The translations under genes were made by a program, and so were the position numbers. Source: Brumimicrobium sp. (GTDB lineage: Bacteria; Bacteroidota; Bacteroidia; Flavobacteriales_D; Crocinitomicaceae). Taken from it: a stretch of 64,000 nt of DNA. Numbering within the stretch: the first letter of the stretch is position 1; the number at the start of each line of letters is the position of its first letter. Positions 17,701-26,186 of the stretch are shown piece by piece. Location of the stretch: positions 4,923 to 68,922 of the forward strand of contig JBBAEU010000003.1 in NCBI GenBank assembly GCA_041655765.1, given 5' to 3'. The notes under the pieces were generated by a model. That model had not been told where the DNA came from, did not search any database, and worked only from the letters and a program-made list of their open reading frames with translations.

Positions 17701-18924
17701 TTAAAGAGTATTTAATAATAGATTTTTTCCGCTTGGATCTTTAACTTTTAATGATTTATATATTACCGCTACTTTTATTTTTAATTCTTCCTCTGTTAAA
17801 GCAGAAATTAATAAGCCTACTGGTCGGTCAGAACTATCTATGTTATTCTTAATTATGCTTCCTTGCCTTTTATAAATAAAGTATTCGATTATTACTCCAT
17901 CTTCTTTAAGGGTGTCTAACCCTTCATATTCTTTTATTACTCCAGGTTTACAATAGATATAAATCATTTCTAACAAACAGCTGGATGGGTTTATTTTTAA
18001 TTCAACTGTTTCATTATGTAATTGCTTTATGGAAGCGTCTAGAAGATCAAAATCAGTTCCTTGTTTGATAAAAGAATATTTTGAACCTCCACCAAGTCTA
18101 GCACTGCATTCTATAACATACACTTCTTCATTAGTCATAATTAATTGTATAAGTAGCGGACTATTATTTAATGAAAAAGAAGTTGCGATTTTTTGTGCAA
18201 TTGAGTTTATTAAATCAGTTTGTTCCTTGCTTAATCCGACTGGATATTGACTTCCTATAATGGTAAAACCTAATTCTGCAGAACCGGTTTTTATGCTTTT
18301 TGAAATAAACAGAACATTTGCCTTCCCATTAATTACTATACAGTCAACAGAAATTTCGTCTCCTTCAATAAACTCTTCAATAATAATCTCCTTAGTTAAA
18401 CTGTAATTAATTGTATTCTCAAAATTGCTTATTAAATCTTTTTTGTGCCATATTTTAACTACTCCTTTTGAGCTGCTAGAATCTACAGGTTTTATAACAA
18501 GGGGAAATTTCAACTTTGAGATATCCATTACATCAACCGAATTCGTTATTATGTATTGAGCTGATGGAATATCATTGTCGAAAAAAACTTTTTTCATTTT
18601 TTTCTTATTTGTTATTTCTAAAGCCTTTTCATATGAAATGTGTTTGGGTAAATTCAGTTTGGATGAAACGTAGATTGCCGTAAGCAATGCTGATTCAATA
18701 GATGTAGCAACTACAAGGTCAACTTTATTCTCCTGTGCTACTTTAAGTACTAACTCTTTGTCCGTTGTACTTTCTCTAATATGTTTATCTGCATATTCTT
18801 TTGCTGGAGGATTTTCCAAATAGTCCAATAAAATAGTTTGATATCCTCTTAGTTTTAAAGATTTAATAAGTTGGATGTGGTCGGAGGTTCCACCTAAAAC
18901 GAGCGCTTTTCTTTTGTTAGTCAT
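17701..18924 (-). CDS. ATP-grasp ligase
   Basis: LVLGG, ITNKKKMK, LVIKPVDSSSSKGV, IIEEFIEG.EISVD, IECSARLGG. Confidence 0.9.
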   Translation of the reverse strand: MTNKRKALVLGGTSDHIQLIKSLKLRGYQTILLDYLENPPAKEYADKHIRESTTDKELVLKVAQENKVDLVVATSIESALLTAIYVSSKLNLPKHISYEKALEITNKKKMKKVFFDNDIPSAQYIITNSVDVMDISKLKFPLVIKPVDSSSSKGVVKIWHKKDLISNFENTINYSLTKEIIIEEFIEGDEISVDCIVINGKANVLFISKSIKTGSAELGFTIIGSQYPVGLSKEQTDLINSIAQKIATSFSLNNSPLLIQLIMTNEEVYVIECSARLGGGSKYSFIKQGTDFDLLDASIKQLHNETVELKINPSSCLLEMIYIYCKPGVIKEYEGLDTLKEDGVIIEYFIYKRQGSIIKNNIDSSDRPVGLLISALTEEELKIKVAVIYKSLKVKDPSGKNLLLNTL

Positions 18925-18985
18925 TTGTGTGTTTTACTTAAGTAATTTGAGATAATTTTATGTGATAAGAGCTAGTGATTAGTTT

Positions 18986-20071
18986 TCAATAATTCTTTCT
19001 TATCTCTAAAATCGATAAACATATTTTTTCTACTTCACCTTCAGATAAATCATAATAAAAAGGCAAGCACAACACTCTTTTTGCAACCTCATCTGTAATG
19101 GGCATTGTTGTACTTTCAAGATAGGGAAGTCCGTTCGCCAAGCTTGGATAAAAATACCTTCTCGTTTGGATGTTGTTTTCATCCAAAACTTGAACTAATT
19201 CTAATAGTTGTTTTTCAGAATTCAACAAGATAGGATAATACGCAAAGTTATTTGTGGCATCTTTATGCCAAACTTGTACTTGGTGCTTAAAATCTTTTAA
19301 TCCCATTGCGTACCATTGGGCAACTTGTTTTCGCTTATCATGTATTTTATCAATATACTTTAAGTTTGTCAATCCCATTGCCGCATGAAACTCTGAGTTT
19401 TTTCCATTGATACCCAATTCAGCAAAAGTACTAAAACCAGAAATTCCAAAATTGCGGATATACTTTAGTTTTTGATTTAATGCTTCATTATTACAGATTA
19501 CTAAACCGCCCTCTATCGAATGGTATAGCTTTGTTGCATGTAAACTGCATGTACTGATATCACCATATTCAAAAATAGATTTCCCATGTACTTGCACACC
19601 GAAAGCGTGTGCTCCATCGTAAATCACCTTTAAATGATGTTTTTTTGCAATTTCCGCTATCGCCACCACATCACATGGATTTCCATAAACGTGCGTTGCC
19701 AAAATAGCCGATGTTTTTTCTGTAATAGCCGCTTCGATTTTTTCAGGATCTATATTCAATGAATCCGCGTCAATATCCACAAACACTGGTTGACATCCTT
19801 CCCAAACAATACTACTGGTTGTTGCCACAAAAGAAAAAGGCGTCGTAATAATTTCTCCTGATAAATTCAAAGCCTTAATCGCCATTTGCAAAGCAATGGT
19901 TCCATTCGTAACAAACAATAAGTTGTCAACTTTAAGATGCTCCATCAACTTCACTTCCAACTCATTTGCTAAAGGTCCCATATTGGTCAGCCAATTGCGC
20001 TTCCAAATACCTTTTAAGTACTCATTATATTCTTCTTCAGGAGGAAGAAAGGGTTTTGTAATAGGAATCAT
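18986..20071 (-). CDS. vioA: DegT/DnrJ/EryC1/StrS aminotransferase, VioA-type (dTDP-4-amino-4,6-dideoxyglucose)
   Basis: IPITKPFLP...IWKRNWLTNMGP, TTPFSFVAT, DGAHAFG, SLHATK (PLP lysine), GINGKNSEFHAAMG. Confidence 0.82.
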   Translation of the reverse strand: MIPITKPFLPPEEEYNEYLKGIWKRNWLTNMGPLANELEVKLMEHLKVDNLLFVTNGTIALQMAIKALNLSGEIITTPFSFVATTSSIVWEGCQPVFVDIDADSLNIDPEKIEAAITEKTSAILATHVYGNPCDVVAIAEIAKKHHLKVIYDGAHAFGVQVHGKSIFEYGDISTCSLHATKLYHSIEGGLVICNNEALNQKLKYIRNFGISGFSTFAELGINGKNSEFHAAMGLTNLKYIDKIHDKRKQVAQWYAMGLKDFKHQVQVWHKDATNNFAYYPILLNSEKQLLELVQVLDENNIQTRRYFYPSLANGLPYLESTTMPITDEVAKRVLCLPFYYDLSEGEVEKICLSILEIRKNY

Positions 20072-20130
20072 TTTACTCAGTTCTATTAATCTTTATTCTA
20101 CTTTCTAAATGTGAAATTAAAGAAGAATTT

Positions 20131-21939
20131 CTATAATTCCTGTAATTCCACCATTCTTTTAAACTTTTCAGAACTTTTATACAGCTCTTCAAAGCTTCCT
20201 TCACCAATTACCTCTCCTTTGTCCATCATATATACTTTGTCTGCATTTCTAATGGTAGAAAGTCTATGGGCAATGATTAAAATGGTGTAATCTCCTTTAA
20301 TTTGGTCAATATTTGTTTGGATTTCCTTTTCTGTTTCAGAATCCAAGGCCGAAGTCGCTTCGTCTAATATAAGAATATCAATGTCTTTAAACAATTCCCT
20401 TGCAATGGATACACGTTGTTTTTGCCCTCCACTTAAGTTTACTCCATTGTTACCTAATAAAGTTTCTCCTTGTTGGGGAAGTTCCGAAATATACTGCAAG
20501 AGTGAGGCCTGTTGTAAGGCATTCTCGTAGCGTAGAATATTTTCTTGTGTTGGTGCTGCCCAAAGGGTGATGTTATTGTATATCGTATCATTAAAAATCA
20601 CGGGCTCTTGGGTAATATACCCTATTCTTGATTGATAAGTATCCATGTTTAATTCCTTAAAAGGGATATTATCAATAAAAACTTCTCCTTTGTTTGGCCT
20701 TAACAAGCCTCCTAATAAATTAACTAGGGTAGTCTTTCCACTTCCACTTTCTCCAACAAAAGCAATGGTTTTGTTTTTGGGAATCGTTAAGTTTAATTGT
20801 TTTAAAATACCATCAACTTCTTTATAACCAAAGTCTATGTTTTCAACTTTAATTTCCTTTTCGAATCGACTAATGGCAACCTCTCCTCTGATTTCGATGT
20901 TGTTTTTAAGTTCTTGTTCAAAATCGATAATGTTCTCCAAAGATCCTGAAACGGAGAGGTAATTATTGTAGCTGTCTTGAAAAATCATTAAGGCTGATAA
21001 AGCACGGTAAAAGAACAATAAACTAATCATAATACTGGCCAATTGTCCACCCAAAAACTCTACTTGAATAAGAATAACAATACAGACGATTCCAATTAAA
21101 ATTGGCTCCCTTAAAGCACTAATTTTGGCTCCTAAAAATCCAATTTGAGTGTTGTTTCCTTCTACATCTTTAATTTTCTCTTTTAGGCGTTGCGCATAGC
21201 TTTTAATAAACCCCGTAGCCTTTAAATATTTAAAGTTCGCTATATATTGGATGATTAAACCTTGAAAACCGCTGTTATTCTTTGATAATGCAACAGATTG
21301 TTCTTTGGTTTTTTTAAATAAACGACTAAAAAACAAATTAGACAAACCTCCTCCTACGCAAACCAAGAGCGCAAACTTCCAATCCACTAAAAACACAAAA
21401 CTAAGGTAAACCATTACCATAATAAGGTTTTGTACACTACTTGCAAAATAGCTATAAGCATTTGACACACGTGCTACTTCACCTGTCATGGCATTTTGTA
21501 TTCTTCCTACATCTGAACTTACAAAGCTTCGAAAGGAATAACGTGTAAAAAGATCGGTGAGCTTTATCCGCATTGAAGAAACAAAAAACTGTAAGATTCT
21601 AACATTAAATTTTAGAGAGGCATAATAAACAATCCCTTTGAGTGTAAAAAAACCAAACATGAAGAGTAATGCTGTTTTGATATTCAATTCGATGCCTAGG
21701 TTTACTATTCCATCTACTATAAAACTCATACTTCCCATTTCCTCACTGGAAACTCCTGAACTCCCGTCCGCCATCTGTAGCAATGGTAAAAACATCGCTA
21801 ATCCTAAACCATCAAGTACACCGATTAGAATACTTAAGCCTAACATAATGAAGATACGATTCTTCAAATAGGAATAGAAGTAACTAAAAGAAGAAAAATA
21901 CTTTTTAATAAAATTTTTAATGGTATTCATTATAGCCAA
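20131..21939 (-). CDS. ABC transporter TMD-NBD fusion, MsbA/PglK-like glycan flippase
   Basis: About 6 TM helices; GESGSGKT, LSGGQKQR, LILDEATSALD, IAHRLST. Confidence 0.92.
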   Translation of the reverse strand: MAIMNTIKNFIKKYFSSFSYFYSYLKNRIFIMLGLSILIGVLDGLGLAMFLPLLQMADGSSGVSSEEMGSMSFIVDGIVNLGIELNIKTALLFMFGFFTLKGIVYYASLKFNVRILQFFVSSMRIKLTDLFTRYSFRSFVSSDVGRIQNAMTGEVARVSNAYSYFASSVQNLIMVMVYLSFVFLVDWKFALLVCVGGGLSNLFFSRLFKKTKEQSVALSKNNSGFQGLIIQYIANFKYLKATGFIKSYAQRLKEKIKDVEGNNTQIGFLGAKISALREPILIGIVCIVILIQVEFLGGQLASIMISLLFFYRALSALMIFQDSYNNYLSVSGSLENIIDFEQELKNNIEIRGEVAISRFEKEIKVENIDFGYKEVDGILKQLNLTIPKNKTIAFVGESGSGKTTLVNLLGGLLRPNKGEVFIDNIPFKELNMDTYQSRIGYITQEPVIFNDTIYNNITLWAAPTQENILRYENALQQASLLQYISELPQQGETLLGNNGVNLSGGQKQRVSIARELFKDIDILILDEATSALDSETEKEIQTNIDQIKGDYTILIIAHRLSTIRNADKVYMMDKGEVIGEGSFEELYKSSEKFKRMVELQEL

Positions 21940-21952
21940 GTAAAATCAGTTG

Positions 21953-21960
21953 CGAAAGTA
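21953..21960 (-). promoter_or_regulatory. -7-like box for the glycan operon
   Basis: TACTTTCG on the minus strand, 13 nt upstream of the ABC gene. Confidence 0.45.
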
Positions 21961-22010
21961 ATGATTTTTTTACTATCTTAATGATAAGACAATTAACAAT
22001 TCTAAATCAA

Positions 22011-22298
22011 ATGCAGTATTACACCTATATCCTATTATGCAGTGATGACTCCTATTATGTAGGAGTTACCAATAACATTGAACGTCGTTTTGTTGAACAT
22101 ACTAACGGAGAAAACTCAACCTCCTACACCTACTCTCGTCGTCCATTAAAACTCGTTTATTTCGAAAGCTCGAAATATATAATTAACGCCATTGCTAGAG
22201 AGAAGCAACTCAAAGGTTGGACACGAAAGAAGAAGGAAGCTTTGATTAACGGGTGGGAAGGGGAGCTAAAAGAGTTAGCGAAGAAGAAGTTTGGATGA
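22011..22298 (+). CDS. Small stand-alone GIY-YIG nuclease (UPF0213/YhbQ-like)
   Basis: YTYILLC..YYVGVTNNIERRFVEH...RRPLKLVYFE...AIAREKQLKGWTRKKK; GIY/YIG tyrosines, Arg, His and Glu retained. Track start is 21981. Confidence 0.92.
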   Translation: MQYYTYILLCSDDSYYVGVTNNIERRFVEHTNGENSTSYTYSRRPLKLVYFESSKYIINAIAREKQLKGWTRKKKEALINGWEGELKELAKKKFG

Positions 22299-22312
22299 TA
22301 CGCTTTTGCCCG

Positions 22313-22360
22313 CCTTCGGTACATTTTTATGCTAAAGCATAAAAACACTCAGTCTGACAA
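22313..22360 (-). repeat. 48-bp REP-like element, inverted copy R1
   Basis: Minus strand reads TTGTCAGACTGAGTG-TTTTTATGC TTTA GCATAAAAA-TGTACCGAAGG; same arms as the forward copies. Confidence 0.9.
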
Positions 22361-22392
22361 AAGCTTGGAAGATCTGTATTCTTTTATAAATA

Positions 22393-22409
22393 TTCGGTAC
22401 ATTTTTATG
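22393..22409 (-). repeat. Truncated extra copy of R1
   Basis: TTCGGTACATTTTTATG is identical to 22315-22331. Confidence 0.8.
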
Positions 22410-22410
22410 G

Positions 22411-22622
22411 TTGTCAGACTGAGTGGTTTTCGACCCCAGGAGGAAACTGTACCGAAGGCTGACTACACTACGTAAATGCCACTCCATTTTCCTTGTCAGA
22501 CTGAGTGGTTTCCGACCCCAGACGGAAACTGTATCGAAGGCTGACTACACTACGTAAATGCCACTCCATTTTCCTTGTCAGACTGAGTGGTTTCCGACCC
22601 CAGACGGAAACTGTATCGAAGG
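22411..22622 (+). repeat. Three direct copies of the 48-bp REP-like element at 82-bp period
   Basis: Copies at 22411-22458, 22493-22540 and 22575-22622; F2 equals F3 and F1 differs at 4 positions; two identical 34-bp spacers. Confidence 0.95.
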
Positions 22623-22671
22623 CGGCAAGGAAAATTCTCCCGAAGGCTGACGCTTTTTCATCCTTTTTCCT

Positions 22672-22679
22672 TACTTTTG
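22672..22679 (+). promoter_or_regulatory. -7 promoter box for the adhesin gene
   Basis: TACTTTTG, 23 nt before the ATG at 22703. Confidence 0.5.
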
Positions 22680-22702
22680 ATTGAAAATTTTTCTACTTGA
22701 TT

Positions 22703-25700
22703 ATGGTGAATTTAAAACCAACTATTTTTTCGTTCTTACTTTGCCTTACAAGTACTTTATCCTTCGCTCAAGGATTGCTCGTATATCCAAAAGACAGTGC
22801 TGTTTTTGATGTTACAGAAATTCAATTTGAATGGAACAGTAAAAATGGGGCAAACGACTATCACTTACAAATAGCTGATGACCCCACTTTTACAAACCTC
22901 ATTGTAAACAATAGCAACTTAACTTCACTTTCCTATTTAGCACAAAACTTAAATCCCAATTCTGTTTATTATTGGAGAGTAAAACCCAACAATTTTTCTT
23001 GGTCTTCTATTTATTCTTTTACAATTGTAGACTTCAGAACTTGGCCGGAATTGGAGTTTATGCTCGACCCCGACAACGTGGTGCTAGACGCTAACGGAAA
23101 GGTAGAACAATGGACGGACTTAAGTGGAAATGGGCATCATTTTGGGCAAAATACAGAAAGTAATAGACCTAGTATTGGTATGGGAGAGGGAGTTAATCAA
23201 CAGAAAGTTATTAATTTTGAACCTAATTTAAATAATAATCTCTCGGGAGGAGATTTATCTAATCTAAGTGCAGGGGAAATTTTTGCATTTACTAAAAAAA
23301 ATAACGCAGTCCCATTACAAAATTCCTACTCTGGTATTTGGAGATTTGGTTCATCTGCTGATATTGAGTTTTATCCATATACGTCAGGTCATGCTAATTT
23401 AGCTTTTGGTAGAAGTTTACGCACTCCCATATTAGATATTAATGATCTTTTTAATCTCAAATCCCCTCATCTCCTAAATATAAGTTCACAAGATCTATTT
23501 AAAGTAAATATCAACAATACAAATATATTGACTAGTGGAACAGGAATAGTATCTTTCCCCTCTTCAACCAATATAGGAAAATCAAATGGAAATTATTATT
23601 TTGATGGTCAATTCGGACAAATTCTTCTTTTTAATACGGTTCTAAGTGACTCTTTAAGAAATCTTGTTTATGGTCAAATGCAATCTAAATACGCACCACC
23701 AGTAAACCTCGGTCACAACATATCGTATCAATACGGTTTTTGTAAAGACACCACCCTCTACGCTGGCAAACGCTTCACCTCCTATCTCTGGTCAGATGGT
23801 TCTACTGCAGATAGTCTTGTTGTTTCCGAACCTGGCACCTACTGGGTAGAAGTAGAAGACATCTTCGGTTTCATTTCTCGCGACACAATAGAAGTCGTTT
23901 CAGGTTTAAACTACCCCACCACCCAACTCTACTGCCAAAACGATTCCATAATTTGGCAAACAGGTTTAGGTCAACAATACTCCTACCTCTGGTCTGACGG
24001 TTCCACTGCCGATACTTTAGTCATCAATTCTCCAGGGAGTTACCATGTTACGGTCACCGACACCAATGGTTGTGTGTTTAAGTCTGACACTTTAAGTTTT
24101 CAAGAAGATTTATTCCCCACTTCTGCCACACTTGGTCCCGACCTTAATCTGTGTTCTGGAAACACGCTTTCGCTATCGACTGGTGCTTCGGAAGCAGTCT
24201 CCTACCTTTGGAATACGGGTTCTACAGATGCTTCAATTGTGATAGTAAACACGGGAGAATATAGCGTGGAAGTTGTCAACATAAACGGCTGTGTAGCAAA
24301 AGATACAGTACAAGTCAACATCATTGGTTCGGCTCCTAATATTGCTTTCTCCGTTCCTGAAACCATCTGTTTAAATGCCGAAGCAACATTCCAAGATATG
24401 AGTATCCCTACCGATGGCGCTACGATAAACGATTGGGAATGGGTGATATTGTCTGATACCATAACAAACAACATTGGAACTTGGCAGGCTGATAGCGTGG
24501 GTGTTTTTGATATTCAATACACCATCGGTACCACTTCGGGATGTTTTTCCGATACCACTTTTTCTATAACGGTAAGACCTTTACCAATTGTTTCCATGCA
24601 AACACAGGGTGTTTGTCAAGATGATGAAATACAATTTTATGCTGGTCAATTGACACCAACCTTTATTGATACTTGGGAATGGAACTATGGTGATGTGGCA
24701 AGTGGTGCAGAAAACACATCATTTTTACAAAATTCCACGCATAAATTCTCAATGTCTGGTGCGTATGATATCACATTAATAGGAACTGATATTTATGGTT
24801 GTGCTGATACCATAACAGAAGTGTTTTTTGTTCAGCCAAAACCTATTGCCAACTTTATAGGATTGGATATTTGTGCAGGAAATGTTGTTGATTTTGAAAA
24901 TACATCCACAATCGAAGTTGGAGGAACAATTGCAACCTACCAATGGGATTTTGGTGATGGAAATTATTCAGGCCAAACCAGTCCTAATAAGCCGTATGTT
25001 ACGCATGGAGATTACATGGTGAGTTTGGTCGCTATTTCAAATATGGGCTGTTCAGATACGACAAGTCGAATGGTGAAAGTACACGCTTTGCCACAAGTTG
25101 ATTATGTTGTTGAGCAAGCCTGTGCAAAAACAGCCACACGTCTAATTGACAACTCTTTTGTGCCAAATGGAAGTGTTGCCCTTGTAGATTGGTCGGTTAA
25201 CAACGCACCGCCTTTAACTGGATTTGTGGTAGAAAAAAACTTCCCGATTGGTGGAACATATAATTTAAAGCAAACCGTAAAATCGGCATTTGGCTGTAAT
25301 AACTCTTTAGAAACAACCTTCCAGATTTATAATGAAATAAGGGCTGATTTTGTTCATTTACCTACTGTTTTTGTTGCAAACGAGCCTGTTCAATTCCATA
25401 GTACAAGCATTGGCGCAAATAGTTATTTCTGGAAATTCGGAGATTTTGCTACTTCAACCCAAACAGATACGACAATTGTCTTTACGGAAAATCAAATTGG
25501 GGAGGAAATTGAGATTTCACTTACCGTTTCAAATAATTATGATTGTGTTGACTCAATAAGCCTTTCCAATGCTGTTATTGGTCGTGATACTGACTTAGCA
25601 TTAACACAAATTTTCTTGTCGGAAGACGATGGATTTACGACAATTGGTGTACGTATGGAAAATAATGGTTCTACACCCATAGAAAACGTAGAGTTTGCCA

Positions 25701-26161
25701 TTTCAGAAGCAGGAAAAGGTACTTTTAAAGAAATTTGGAGTGGATTTTTAGCAGGTGGAGAAAGTATTATCCACGTGTTAAGCTCACAACATACGACGGG
25801 TATTCCAGAAATGCAAAAAGAGCATCATTTCTTTTGTGTTAAAGGTCGATTACTCAACAGCCTTTTCGAAGAAGAAAACTTAGCCAATAACGAAGTTTGT
25901 TTATCCAAAACGGATGCAGATTTTGTTTTAATTCGCCCGTTCCCAAATCCAATAAACGACCTTATGACGGTACGCTTTATTGCAAATGTCAAAACTGAAA
26001 ATGATTTAGTTATATACGACGCACTCGGACAAGAAGTTTATCGTTATGATTCAGTTTCTTTAGAAGTTGGCATAACCGATATTGCAATAGACACTCAATC
26101 TTGGAGAACGGGTGTTTATGTTGTGAAATTTGGGATGAGTGAGGTGAATGTGGTAAAATAG
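22703..26161 (+). CDS. T9SS type A-sorted surface protein: Fn3-like + LamG/ConA-like + Ig/PKD repeats + CARDB-like + CTD
   Basis: Signal peptide; YHLQIADD...YYWRVK; VEQWTDLSGNGHH...GQILLFN; repeated YLWSDGST; PKD YQWDFGDG; RPFPNP...GVYVVK. Track start is 22697 (TTG). Confidence 0.85.
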   Translation: MVNLKPTIFSFLLCLTSTLSFAQGLLVYPKDSAVFDVTEIQFEWNSKNGANDYHLQIADDPTFTNLIVNNSNLTSLSYLAQNLNPNSVYYWRVKPNNFSWSSIYSFTIVDFRTWPELEFMLDPDNVVLDANGKVEQWTDLSGNGHHFGQNTESNRPSIGMGEGVNQQKVINFEPNLNNNLSGGDLSNLSAGEIFAFTKKNNAVPLQNSYSGIWRFGSSADIEFYPYTSGHANLAFGRSLRTPILDINDLFNLKSPHLLNISSQDLFKVNINNTNILTSGTGIVSFPSSTNIGKSNGNYYFDGQFGQILLFNTVLSDSLRNLVYGQMQSKYAPPVNLGHNISYQYGFCKDTTLYAGKRFTSYLWSDGSTADSLVVSEPGTYWVEVEDIFGFISRDTIEVVSGLNYPTTQLYCQNDSIIWQTGLGQQYSYLWSDGSTADTLVINSPGSYHVTVTDTNGCVFKSDTLSFQEDLFPTSATLGPDLNLCSGNTLSLSTGASEAVSYLWNTGSTDASIVIVNTGEYSVEVVNINGCVAKDTVQVNIIGSAPNIAFSVPETICLNAEATFQDMSIPTDGATINDWEWVILSDTITNNIGTWQADSVGVFDIQYTIGTTSGCFSDTTFSITVRPLPIVSMQTQGVCQDDEIQFYAGQLTPTFIDTWEWNYGDVASGAENTSFLQNSTHKFSMSGAYDITLIGTDIYGCADTITEVFFVQPKPIANFIGLDICAGNVVDFENTSTIEVGGTIATYQWDFGDGNYSGQTSPNKPYVTHGDYMVSLVAISNMGCSDTTSRMVKVHALPQVDYVVEQACAKTATRLIDNSFVPNGSVALVDWSVNNAPPLTGFVVEKNFPIGGTYNLKQTVKSAFGCNNSLETTFQIYNEIRADFVHLPTVFVANEPVQFHSTSIGANSYFWKFGDFATSTQTDTTIVFTENQIGEEIEISLTVSNNYDCVDSISLSNAVIGRDTDLALTQIFLSEDDGFTTIGVRMENNGSTPIENVEFAISEAGKGTFKEIWSGFLAGGESIIHVLSSQHTTGIPEMQKEHHFFCVKGRLLNSLFEEENLANNEVCLSKTDADFVLIRPFPNPINDLMTVRFIANVKTENDLVIYDALGQEVYRYDSVSLEVGITDIAIDTQSWRTGVYVVKFGMSEVNVVK

Positions 26162-26186
26162 CCTTCGGGTTGTTCCAAAGACACCG

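Noticed and set aside
15978-18924. Opine metallophore (staphylopine/pseudopaline-like) cluster
   Set aside because: No nicotianamine-synthase-like gene, exporter or TonB/ABC importer nearby; the context is glycan biosynthesis.
22411-22622. CRISPR array (48-bp repeats, 34-bp spacers)
   Set aside because: Both spacers are identical, an inverted copy with a different core lies upstream, no cas genes are present, and the repeat does not resemble Bacteroidota type II-C repeats as I know them.
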